Shown piece after piece: positions 38,829 through 48,205 of a stretch of 64,000 nucleotides of DNA. A model generated the notes under the pieces. That model worked only from the letters and a program-made list of their open reading frames with translations, was not told the origin of the DNA and searched no databases. The position numbers and the translations under genes were made by a program. Each line of letters opens with the position of its first letter. The stretch's first letter is position 1. The DNA comes from an uncultured Anaerolineales bacterium (GTDB taxonomy: Bacteria > Chloroflexota > Anaerolineae > Anaerolineales > UBA11858): positions 38,022 to 102,021 of the forward strand of contig CAYZTL010000011.1 in the NCBI GenBank assembly GCA_964481465.1, in the 5' to 3' direction.

Positions 38829-39833
38829 TTATCCAGGTAGGTGATCGCTGATCCCCAATTCCTTGACGGCGGTCAACCGTTCCTCTTTCACCTCCGCTAA
38901 ATGATCCATGACGATGGTTTCCAATCCAATGCCGGGATGTTCTGAATCGAGATGTTGAATGGTTTCCCGCAAACAAACCCCTACCCCCTCACTCAGCCGC
39001 TTCTCCGGTTCTCCGCGGTATGTGATCTCGCCCTCCTGGTATAGGAATTTCGCCGCAAAAGGATCTAAAAATGGATACTCGTCGGCATGATCGATCATCA
39101 CTTCCTTTAGTGTGTTCAGAAAATGCCCTTCTTCTAAATTGTCATCCATTACGGATTCAACTGCTCCAATGATGTCACCCCAAACCTCTAATATCTGGGG
39201 AAATTGATCGCTGATCCGGATTTCTTCTCCTTCAGCAAAAGATTCTTCTATGGCGGCCCTGTAAACGTTAAATACCGCGCCTTGCGACGAAGAAGCATCC
39301 ATGATGCGATGCAGCATATTAACCCCCGAAATTTCTTCCCCACCTGTTTTCAGCAAACAGTTTATGATCTCACCGGACAAAAAATAAATATAAGCTTTTC
39401 GAGAACCCCCACCGATGCTGACTTCCATATATCCGGTTTGATCCTCATTTCGCAATTTGTTGATCAACCCATCTATACTCGTGAACTCTGTGGTCAGGTC
39501 TTTATAAAGGAGTTCGCTTTGGACGACGCTAGACAGCACAGTCACCATCTCTTCCGTCAAAGTATATACACTAATGGAACCACCTTTCTCTTTAGCCCTT
39601 TCCTTCAAGCGGTTCACCGCATCTTTTCCCGTCGCCCTTTCTCCGTCGATCACTTCCACGGCATTGACGACATTTCCATTATCAATAAACAGATTCCCCT
39701 CATATTCCCAGAAGCTGACCTTCACTGATCCTGTGAAGTTATTCGCACTCAGATCAGAGAGCAGTTCGCCAAAATTTGTGAACGAAGTATTCATATTCTC
39801 ATAGATGACTTCTTCTGTTGGATAAATCATCAT
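38829..39833 (-). CDS. Tandem DUF2226/DUF4388-like domain protein
   Basis: Two repeats of L..L......TG.V.VS.....G..F...G.V.N. Confidence 0.7.
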   Translation of the reverse strand: MMIYPTEEVIYENMNTSFTNFGELLSDLSANNFTGSVKVSFWEYEGNLFIDNGNVVNAVEVIDGERATGKDAVNRLKERAKEKGGSISVYTLTEEMVTVLSSVVQSELLYKDLTTEFTSIDGLINKLRNEDQTGYMEVSIGGGSRKAYIYFLSGEIINCLLKTGGEEISGVNMLHRIMDASSSQGAVFNVYRAAIEESFAEGEEIRISDQFPQILEVWGDIIGAVESVMDDNLEEGHFLNTLKEVMIDHADEYPFLDPFAAKFLYQEGEITYRGEPEKRLSEGVGVCLRETIQHLDSEHPGIGLETIVMDHLAEVKEERLTAVKELGISDHLPG

Positions 39834-39848
39834 TGCTCTCCTTGATTA

Positions 39849-40949
39849 TCACGATTGATAACGCAGAACCGTCGCTCGCACCTCATGGGCCAACAAATCA
39901 GCCTGGGCTCGTTTCGAAACCCATAGGTAGATAATGTCATCCTGATCTCGGAGAACGATCTCCTTTCCATCCCGCTTTTTTAATATCACCCGCATAACTT
40001 GATCGTCATCGAGTGTGCGACCTAACTTCTCGGCTTGTTGGATGATATAGCGGGCGATCACTCCTGCTTTACCAACATCTCCATCCCGTTCATTTGCAAG
40101 GATGCTGCCATTCTGGGAGCAGATCAAGACCTCATGTACACCCTCAATCCTCAATATTGCCTTTGTGATCCGCTCACCGAGATCGACCTCATTATCTGCA
40201 GTCCCTTCCCCCTTTTCCCTCTCGACCTTAAAACTCGCTTCTTGCCAATCGACATCCGCCGGTGCCTGACCCTCATCAATGCGCCGCATCCCCTCTAAGA
40301 TCAATCCCGACCACCCAGCCTCAATCGTCCTTTGCGGGGGAGAGATCCCCATATCCAAGGAAAACGTCCCCTGCTCCCACTCCAAGAGGTGATATACAGC
40401 ATCTTCCCCATAGAGATTCCCCACCTCAGCATGGACGACTCGACCCCCGTCGAAAAATATCCTCCCTTCCTGTCCTTGGCGCCGAAGGTGAAGAAGACCG
40501 ACTATTCGTTCTTCACAATTCATCTGGATGATGCTTGCCAAACTCATTGTGCGCAAATCGCCCTGGAATGCGCTTCCGCTTGACTCCTTCTCCGTTAGCC
40601 GGCGAAATACCGGCAGGAGTGTTTCTACCCGAAGGGGTTTCTCCATAAATTCAGAAGCGCCCATCCGCAGCGCTTTAACGACATGTTCTTTTGTGCCGTA
40701 GTCCGTGTAAAGAATTACCTTTGCGCGAGAATCGTATGACTTTAACAGGGAGAGGATTTCGAATCCATTGACCGCACTCTCGTCCAGGGCTACTAAAACG
40801 ATATCAATATCCCTCGTCTTGTACATTTCCAGGGCTTTTTCTTTTTCCCCCGCTTTATAGACATGGAAATCTCTTCCCTCTAACGCTGTGATAAGAGATC
40901 GCAATGAATTTATTTCATCATCCACGACGAGAATGCTGCTTGATTCCAC
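39849..40949 (-). CDS. Receiver-DUF4388-roadblock fusion protein
   Basis: ILVVDDE...KP receiver (Ala at the Asp site); FQGDL..MSL.SIIQM.C..., G.IFF..G.VVHA, LILEGMRRIDE; C-terminal IEGV..VLI.S.NG.IL. Confidence 0.85.
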   Translation of the reverse strand: MESSSILVVDDEINSLRSLITALEGRDFHVYKAGEKEKALEMYKTRDIDIVLVALDESAVNGFEILSLLKSYDSRAKVILYTDYGTKEHVVKALRMGASEFMEKPLRVETLLPVFRRLTEKESSGSAFQGDLRTMSLASIIQMNCEERIVGLLHLRRQGQEGRIFFDGGRVVHAEVGNLYGEDAVYHLLEWEQGTFSLDMGISPPQRTIEAGWSGLILEGMRRIDEGQAPADVDWQEASFKVEREKGEGTADNEVDLGERITKAILRIEGVHEVLICSQNGSILANERDGDVGKAGVIARYIIQQAEKLGRTLDDDQVMRVILKKRDGKEIVLRDQDDIIYLWVSKRAQADLLAHEVRATVLRYQS

Positions 40950-41001
40950 GCTTCCTCTCCAAAGGTTTGTTTTAAGAGGGAACCCAAGAATTTGTTAGCT
41001 A

Positions 41002-41010
41002 ATTATACCA
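41002..41010 (-). promoter_or_regulatory. Extended -10 promoter of the roadblock operon
   Basis: TGGTATAAT on the minus strand, ~50 nt upstream of the GTG start. Confidence 0.55.
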
Positions 41011-41233
41011 AGGGATACCCCGGTTCCGAGAAGAGGACTTTTCAAAAATGTAACCTCCAAGGGTTCTCCCAAATCGGGAGTTTTTCGTTTTGAAAGGGAT
41101 CTAAATCACCTGGCGATTTCCCCCAAACTTTTATCGTTTATCTCCGGTTCCCGCAGAACAACACTCACCAAAGAAGCGCCGTGGACCAGGGCAAGCGAGT
41201 TTCGGTAAAAAGCCAAAACCAGATCGTCCTATC

Positions 41234-44200
41234 CTACCACGCATCCGTTACCAGATGTACATTCCCCATGTAATTCAAAAAGCATAAAACTGGTTGGGGG
41301 CGCTGTCCGAGTAACTTCTCAGCCGCTAACACATATCTATTTACCTGGGTAAGATAATCCCCTTCCGTGAGAAGGCTGTCTAAATCCCGCCGGCTGTTGA
41401 TTTCATCCGTTTTGAATTCCACGAGGACCCAATCATGGCCTTTCTTGTAAAGCGCGTCGATCATCCCATGTTCATATTGTCCCCCCTCGACCTCCAAGCT
41501 GAAGGGGACCTCATGAAAACGAGAGTCCACTTCATCCATGCTTTGGAAGAGCGCTGTATTTTGAAAGGTGCGTAATATTTGAATGGTCTTTTCAACAGCG
41601 ATTTCAGCGAATGCTTCCCCGGTAAGTCCGCTGTTCCGAGCCTCCCCCATCGCCCAGGTCTTGAAGCGACCCCCATTTTGCCCAGGGAAAAACCATTCCG
41701 CCAATGCCTGGTGAACGAGTTTCCCGATCAACCAGGGCGGGGCTTTGAACCTTTTCCAATCCGGGACCACACGCCAAATCTGCCTTTCCCGTTCCCTCTC
41801 ATCAAGATCTTTTGCTTCTTCACTTGCCGGCAGCGGATCTAAGAGAGTGAGGTCTTCAGGGAAAGACTGGGGTGCCAAGATCGGTTTTCGCTGCGATTCA
41901 ACCTCCAGTTCTGCGTTCGGTTCATATACAAAACATTTAATAGAAGGAGAGTCTTCCCCAAAACAGATTACATGGACCTGATCTCCCTCCTCTTCATAAT
42001 CAATTTCATATTCACCCAAACCCAAAGGGCGACCCAGTTTCCTCAACCAGCCCGTTAAGCGAAACGGCGTGTTGTCCTTTTTTATTCCGCCCAAGACACC
42101 GGAGAGAATGAGTTTTTCTTGAGCCCTTGTTGCTGCTACGTAAAGCAACCGATCCGATTCAGCATCTTCCTCCTCTTCTTCACGGTCTCGTGCCATGCGG
42201 TATACAGCTGATCCCACATCCTGCACAAATTTTTCATCCCCAGCACCAGGCAGTGCCCGCTCATCACGCAAAGGAGGCACAACGCTAAATCGCTCGTCAA
42301 TGATCACATTCCGAGGGTTTGGTGTCCCTCGAGAAAGGTCGCCAATGATCACGAATGGAAATTCTAACCCTTTCGCTTGATGGACGGTCATAATCTGCAC
42401 GGCGCCAGATGAAACCGCTTGCGCTTCCCCCTCCCGGACGGAGACATCCCGCAACTCATCCACGTATGCCAGGAATTGACTTACACCCACCATACCGCTT
42501 TGATGCGCATCTGCCAGCAGTTTCCTTAGATTGGTAACGCTTCGGGTTTGCCCGGACCGAATGAGGGCAGCCAGATAATGGGTCCGATCCAAATAATCCT
42601 TAATGAGTTTCGCCACAGTAACCCGTCCCACCTTTTGGTGTAAGTCATTAAACCATGTGCGGACCCGACACGCCCTGTCTTTCTCTTCATCTAAAAAAGA
42701 CAGAGACCCTTCACAGAGAAGGTCATATAAAGATGGGAGTCCCTTCGCATACTGCGCCTCACGCAACCGGTACAGAGCCATATCGGAAAGACCTACTGCT
42801 GGTGAACGCAGAAATCCGGCCAAGGCCAAATCATCGTATGGATCAGCAAGAGCTCTTAGGGTGTTTAACACATCTCTTACCTCAGGTCGTTCGTAAAATC
42901 CACGCCCAGAAATGGTTAAAAATGGGATCCCCGCTTTTTCGAGAGCGTTCTCATAGGCAGGAAAAGAGGTGGATGCGCGACACAAGATGGCCACATCCCC
43001 ATAATCTAACGGCGATGGGTCCTTTTCTGAACCATCTCCATCCCAATTTTCTGTTCCCTCCACCAGATCTACCAATCGGCAGGCGATCGCCTGCGCAGCC
43101 TTTTCTAGCATTCCCCCAGTTTTGCTTCCTACGGTTAAATGCAATTCTACGAAAGGCGGTTCCACCCCCGGTCTGGGCTGCTCCCTAACCGGCTTGAGGG
43201 GTTCAAAAGGGGCAATGAACTTTCTCTGGGGATCGGCTTCACCTAAGACTGGTTCCAGGAGCGCGTTCAAATCCGCGATTAATTTCTCGTGGGCTCGATA
43301 GGAGGCAGCCAAATGATATCCATCCCCTCGGCGCCGGATCTGTTCTTCCTCATCCTGAAAGACAGCTACATCCGCCCCCCGGAATCGGTAGATGGATTGT
43401 TTCCCATCCCCGACGATAAACAATTTCCCTTGATCCCCGTTGAGCATGTCCATCAAGTCCCGCTGCCGACGATTGGTGTCCTGAAATTCATCCACAAGAA
43501 GCGCTTGGATCTGTTCCTGCCAATAAGTCCGGACATCTCCGTTTCCCATCAATAAAGACAAAGCCTTCCCTTCCAAATCATCAAAATCCAGGGCGCCGAT
43601 CTGAACTTTCTTCTTGGTATAGATACGTAAAGCATGCTGGTACAACCGGTATAAGGCGGGGAGGATCTCATGGGCTAATCTCCGGTCCAGGCTCATATCC
43701 AATCCATTTTTAACCAAAGGCTCTACATGCTGGTCATAAATAGCCTGAATCCGTTTGATATCCTGTTTCGGTTGGGCGGGAGCCCAATTTTCCTGCCGCC
43801 CTTTTTGTTTTAGGGAATCACGCAGAGGCGCTAAATACCATGAAACACGAACCCAATCCCTCGCGTCCTTCGACTTTAGAATGCGTTCCCAAAACATCAA
43901 CCCTCGCTCCAGATCCGGGGCAAGGGCATCCCCCGCCGCTTTCGCTTTTTGAAGCGTGCCGTCCTCCTTTAATTTCATGAGTTTTGCAAAGTGTTCGCGA
44001 ACCTCAGGATCCTCAAGAAACGTTTGTAAAGGCCTGATGATTTCCGTTTTCCATGCAGCCCAAACGTCGTCTGGGGTTTTTTGAATCGCTTGATCCACGT
44101 CAAGCCGCTTTTCCAACAAACGCCGCAATATGCGGCGTAACTCCCTCGCTCCGAAAGTGGAGAATAAACTCACCGTGTGCAGATCATCTACCGCCCATCC

Positions 44201-44662
44201 TAAAGCTTCCTCAACCGCTTGAGATTGCAATAAAGCCATCTCCCCTTCTTCAATCATCTCAAAAGCTGGGTCCACCCCGCTTTCGGCAGGGTGATGGCGG
44301 AGGATATCTGCACATAAGGTATGGATGGTGCTGATTCGGGCAGCGTCCAAACCATCGTAGATATCCCGCCAACGGCTTCTTTCCTGCGGTTCGAGGTCAA
44401 CTTGATGGAGAAACGTTCTCACCTCTTCCCGGACCCGATTGCGCATTTCCCGCGCTGCTTTTTTGGTAAAGGTGATCGCCACCACAGATCGTAAAGGTAA
44501 GCCATCTACGAGAAGGGCCAGAAATCGGGCGACGAGGGTTCGCGTTTTACCAGTCCCTGCCCCTGCGGTAACCACGACATCTTTCCCACGAGACAATATC
44601 GGACCTCGTTGTTCGGGGCTGGGTGACATCTGCTCCAAAATGGGATGTAGGTTTTGGGGCAT
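41234..44662 (-). CDS. addA: AddA-like UvrD helicase/PD-(D/E)XK nuclease
   Basis: AGAGTGKT, AITFTKKAA.EM..R, LLVDEFQDT, VGD.KQSIY.FRGAD, MTVHQAKGLEFP, LLYVAATRA, GMIDAL...VEFKT. ATG 44662 follows GGAG. Confidence 0.93.
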   Translation of the reverse strand: MPQNLHPILEQMSPSPEQRGPILSRGKDVVVTAGAGTGKTRTLVARFLALLVDGLPLRSVVAITFTKKAAREMRNRVREEVRTFLHQVDLEPQERSRWRDIYDGLDAARISTIHTLCADILRHHPAESGVDPAFEMIEEGEMALLQSQAVEEALGWAVDDLHTVSLFSTFGARELRRILRRLLEKRLDVDQAIQKTPDDVWAAWKTEIIRPLQTFLEDPEVREHFAKLMKLKEDGTLQKAKAAGDALAPDLERGLMFWERILKSKDARDWVRVSWYLAPLRDSLKQKGRQENWAPAQPKQDIKRIQAIYDQHVEPLVKNGLDMSLDRRLAHEILPALYRLYQHALRIYTKKKVQIGALDFDDLEGKALSLLMGNGDVRTYWQEQIQALLVDEFQDTNRRQRDLMDMLNGDQGKLFIVGDGKQSIYRFRGADVAVFQDEEEQIRRRGDGYHLAASYRAHEKLIADLNALLEPVLGEADPQRKFIAPFEPLKPVREQPRPGVEPPFVELHLTVGSKTGGMLEKAAQAIACRLVDLVEGTENWDGDGSEKDPSPLDYGDVAILCRASTSFPAYENALEKAGIPFLTISGRGFYERPEVRDVLNTLRALADPYDDLALAGFLRSPAVGLSDMALYRLREAQYAKGLPSLYDLLCEGSLSFLDEEKDRACRVRTWFNDLHQKVGRVTVAKLIKDYLDRTHYLAALIRSGQTRSVTNLRKLLADAHQSGMVGVSQFLAYVDELRDVSVREGEAQAVSSGAVQIMTVHQAKGLEFPFVIIGDLSRGTPNPRNVIIDERFSVVPPLRDERALPGAGDEKFVQDVGSAVYRMARDREEEEEDAESDRLLYVAATRAQEKLILSGVLGGIKKDNTPFRLTGWLRKLGRPLGLGEYEIDYEEEGDQVHVICFGEDSPSIKCFVYEPNAELEVESQRKPILAPQSFPEDLTLLDPLPASEEAKDLDERERERQIWRVVPDWKRFKAPPWLIGKLVHQALAEWFFPGQNGGRFKTWAMGEARNSGLTGEAFAEIAVEKTIQILRTFQNTALFQSMDEVDSRFHEVPFSLEVEGGQYEHGMIDALYKKGHDWVLVEFKTDEINSRRDLDSLLTEGDYLTQVNRYVLAAEKLLGQRPQPVLCFLNYMGNVHLVTDAW

Positions 44663-44676
44663 AAGGTGCGTTCTCC

Positions 44677-47600
44677 CTACCAATTTCTGGGCGTATAATG
44701 CCAGCAAAAATTCGCCGCTGGACAATACTCCGGACATCGATCATCTGGTACCCGGGGGACATAATTCCCTTTGCGCGCGCCGAAGATGGCCTTCCAAGAT
44801 TCATTTACGGAAACCTCCATCGCCGCCCGGGGTCCTCTCTTCCCTTGGTGATAGAACCGTTTCAATTGGAAATTGCTCGGTTCTGCATGTTGAACGTGAA
44901 AATAAAAACCGTCCCGCACCTTTCCCAACTGTAAGGCTTTCTCCGCAGCCAGGGCGTAAAGGGAAAGCTGGACTTTCTTCCCCTCTTGGACTGCTTTATT
45001 ATGGAAACCATAAGGGCCGCTGGTTTTATAATCGATGATCCGCAAGCCTCCCTCTTGATCTCTGTCCACCCGGTCTATATATCCCCGCAAACGAAATCTG
45101 TCCCCTTTCGGACCCTCTACCTCCAAAGGGGGCCCTTCACTGTCTTGAATCCCGAATGTTTTCTCTGCCCGGAAAAACCCAAACGAGAGATCTAAACTCT
45201 CCAGCACCTCGATAGATCGGGCTACATTTGCTTTGATTTCCTGCCGTGTTTGCTGCCACCAGGCTGTCTCTCGAAACCCTTCTCGTCTGGGAGCCTGATC
45301 CAATACCCAATCTGCAACTTCCGGCATTTGTCCTCGCAAATTTTTAAGGGAAGGGTTTTCTCCCACGGATTGATAAAGCCGTTCAAAGATATGGTGGTAT
45401 ATGTTCCCCAATTGTCTTGCGTCCAACCCTTCTTGGGGAGGTTCTCTGGGCTCCAAACCTAAAACATGGCTGGTGAAAAAGAAATATGGACAAGTTTGAT
45501 AACTCTCTAAACGACTCGCGCTCCAGATGTGATCTGGACTAAAACGCTCTCTAAACACCGCTCCTTGGCGATCCAAAGACCCGTCATACAAACCAGCTTT
45601 AGAACGGTTTTCCGGGTCTCTTTCCATTAATATATTTTCTGCCTGTAAAATCGAATCCGCCATTTCCGTTTGTCGACTCCGGAAGGCGATCCACACCGCT
45701 CCATCTTTGGGGCAGGAGCAAATCGATTGGGATAATTCACCCCAGGAAGCAGAATCTTTCAACCCTGGTTTGCTAGATGTGGTTAATTCTTGCGGTTCTA
45801 CCACTACCCGCCGCCGGACCTCTTCCCAGTAGGGGGAAGGCTGCCAGGGTGCTCCGTTGTCTGCAATCCGCGACCGGGTGAACAGCAAAGCTTGGCTGGC
45901 CCGGGTAAGGGCCTCATAAAAATATTCACCTTCCCAACTCAATGTGGATGCAGAAAGAGGGAGATTGCAGCGATCCCTCAAATCACCCCGGTCGACATCT
46001 CGCAGAAAGGGGTCTTCGCGCAATGTGGTAGGAAATTCACCTTCCCCCAAACCCAAGATGGCCACGGCTTTGAAAGGGACACCCCGGGCTGCCACGACAT
46101 CCGCTGCCAGAATTCCCCGCTCCCTTTCCCATTGAGACGGCTGATATGTGGCCCCTTCTACAGCCCGGAGGAACTCATCCAGAAAGGTACCATAAGACAC
46201 AGGAGATGTTCCTACAGTCCTTTCCGCCCACACCATCCCACGCAGGATTTCTTTGAACTGCCTTAACGCCTCTAGGTCCCGTTCCGCTAAACCGTTTGAG
46301 CTTTCAGCGACACAACGCACCAGGTTTAGATCGGTTTTTATCCCATCCCCCTCCTCCTCATCGCCAATGATCCCTTCTACCCAGGCGACGAAATCCCGAT
46401 ACGCATGTTTCCCTTTTGGTGGTTGAATGCGCGCCGCGAATCGAGCAAATTTCTTTCTCAACAATTCAGCTTCCTGTCCTTGGGGAAACCTCTGAGGAGG
46501 TTCAGGGTATTCTTCGTCTTTGGTTTCTCCCCGCAAAGTTTGCTTCCCTAAAATCCCGAAAGCTTCCTCCCACTGGTCCAAGCCCCGAATAACCCTTCCC
46601 CAACGAGCGACCCAAGACAATCTCTCTGCATCCATTTCTTCGATGCCTATGGGCGCATCTGCGTCATCAGTGGGGTAAGCATCCTGCCATTCGAAATAGG
46701 GTGACCGCCAGGACTCTATGGTTTCCCGCCAGGGCAGGTGTTCATCTTCTTTATTGGCAATTTGCAGCAAGTTTACAAGGGCAGCTATGGCTGGGTTTTC
46801 CGCCAAAGACCTGCCTTCCTCAACATGCATTGGTAGACCAAATTCATCCGCTGTTTGGTAAAGGAAAGAACGATATGGTTCAAAGTCCCGAAACAATATC
46901 GCCGTCTGATAAGGTTCCCATCCGTTTTGGATGATCTTCTTTTTCAACCACCGCAAGGCGTTCCGCACCTCCCCTTCCCGATCCGGTGCGGCAATCATGG
47001 AAACCGAACTCCCTCCTTCGATTCTCCCTTCCCCTTCTCGGAAAAGGCTCCTTTCCAGATGCCGGATGGGGGAAGCAAGTGAGTTTCCTTTGCGGGGATC
47101 CAGGATAGTTATGTTCTTGATATTCAAAACACTTTCCAACTCTTCTCTGGTTCGTTGAAACCGTTTATGCACCACAGGGCGAGAAGCTCGATCATTTTCT
47201 CCGCTAAGGGTGATGATCAACTCCGGGATGCGCTTCCCTAACTCACCCAAGATCTGGATCTGCACGGGCGTGAAATCATCAAAACCGTCCACGATGAGTG
47301 GTGACCAACCTGGTGGGATCTCTACCTCCCCCTGTAAAGCTTGCAGGGTTAACCAACCGGCGCCGATGTAATCCATCCACCCTTCCTGCTGTAAGCGCCT
47401 TTGATAAGCCTGGTATATCTCCCCAATCTCTGCCAGCCTTCGTCCGCTTTTTATGCTTTTGACAGCAGACTGAAAGTCCTCCGGAGTGATCCCGCCTGCT
47501 TTCAGTTCCCGGATGACATCCATTAGTATTTGCATGAAACCAGGCAAATCCTGTATGCTCCGGTAATATTCAAGAGGAAGATCCTCCACAACATTTCTCA

Positions 47601-47868
47601 GTACGCGTCTTTGGACTGGCTCCGATAAGCGGGTGAGAATCTTGCCGCTCCGGAACATGATGTCCGTATACAAATCATCGAAAGTCCCCACATGGACACC
47701 TAATGCACCGCCTGCAGATGCCAACCTCCGCTCCCAAGATTGGGCTTGTAAACGGGTAGGCACGATCACGCGCGGTGTGGATCTCAAATCCCGTGCAGCG
47801 TCCCGGGCAACTTTCAGAACATACTCAGTTTTGCCAGCCGCTGCTGGGGCGATGATTAACCGGTTAAT
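44677..47868 (-). CDS. addB: AddB-like PD-(D/E)XK nuclease subunit with an Fe-S staple; probable ATT start
   Basis: N-terminal APAAAGKT, WSASRLESY..CPY.FF, G.IYH...E, RGYIDRVD..IIDYKT, QL.LY, C-terminal CPEYCPAANFC. The frame extends 5' of TTG 47787 to ATT 47868. Confidence 0.9.
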   Translation of the reverse strand: MNRLIIAPAAAGKTEYVLKVARDAARDLRSTPRVIVPTRLQAQSWERRLASAGGALGVHVGTFDDLYTDIMFRSGKILTRLSEPVQRRVLRNVVEDLPLEYYRSIQDLPGFMQILMDVIRELKAGGITPEDFQSAVKSIKSGRRLAEIGEIYQAYQRRLQQEGWMDYIGAGWLTLQALQGEVEIPPGWSPLIVDGFDDFTPVQIQILGELGKRIPELIITLSGENDRASRPVVHKRFQRTREELESVLNIKNITILDPRKGNSLASPIRHLERSLFREGEGRIEGGSSVSMIAAPDREGEVRNALRWLKKKIIQNGWEPYQTAILFRDFEPYRSFLYQTADEFGLPMHVEEGRSLAENPAIAALVNLLQIANKEDEHLPWRETIESWRSPYFEWQDAYPTDDADAPIGIEEMDAERLSWVARWGRVIRGLDQWEEAFGILGKQTLRGETKDEEYPEPPQRFPQGQEAELLRKKFARFAARIQPPKGKHAYRDFVAWVEGIIGDEEEGDGIKTDLNLVRCVAESSNGLAERDLEALRQFKEILRGMVWAERTVGTSPVSYGTFLDEFLRAVEGATYQPSQWERERGILAADVVAARGVPFKAVAILGLGEGEFPTTLREDPFLRDVDRGDLRDRCNLPLSASTLSWEGEYFYEALTRASQALLFTRSRIADNGAPWQPSPYWEEVRRRVVVEPQELTTSSKPGLKDSASWGELSQSICSCPKDGAVWIAFRSRQTEMADSILQAENILMERDPENRSKAGLYDGSLDRQGAVFRERFSPDHIWSASRLESYQTCPYFFFTSHVLGLEPREPPQEGLDARQLGNIYHHIFERLYQSVGENPSLKNLRGQMPEVADWVLDQAPRREGFRETAWWQQTRQEIKANVARSIEVLESLDLSFGFFRAEKTFGIQDSEGPPLEVEGPKGDRFRLRGYIDRVDRDQEGGLRIIDYKTSGPYGFHNKAVQEGKKVQLSLYALAAEKALQLGKVRDGFYFHVQHAEPSNFQLKRFYHQGKRGPRAAMEVSVNESWKAIFGARKGNYVPRVPDDRCPEYCPAANFCWHYTPRNW

Positions 47869-48012
47869 GGGGGACCCCTTTTAGAACTTACCTAATCCAA
47901 ATTGACACACGAATACGTCTTCATTTAGTGTATTTGAAAAGTAGATACTCGTCAAATCACTCCATTTTTCGATGTCGACAATGAAATCATGCCATTTCTG
48001 TTCAGAAACCTC

Positions 48013-48041
48013 TTGTCATATTTTAATTCTTTTGCCATAAT
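48013..48041 (+). promoter_or_regulatory. Sigma70-type promoter
   Basis: TTGTCA-N17-CATAAT with TG extension. Confidence 0.6.
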
Positions 48042-48205
48042 CAGGTTAGTATACAGTACTTCCATTTCTATCACAGCCAGGTCTTGCTCCTTTGCGGAAA
48101 AGATCTTGCTGCTCTGATCCGTTTCATTGATTGGTAAACCAAAATAAATCAACATATAGATGGAAAACCCCGGCCTATCCTTGGGGTTTTTTCTGGAGGT
48201 GGATG

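Noticed and set aside
44663-44737. TTG-start extension of addA overlapping addB
   Set aside because: ATG 44662 has an RBS and avoids the overlap.
48131-48205. ORF-track N-terminal extension of the ICA lipoprotein
   Set aside because: It runs through a terminator-like hairpin; the RBS and lipoprotein signal place the start at 48203/48206.
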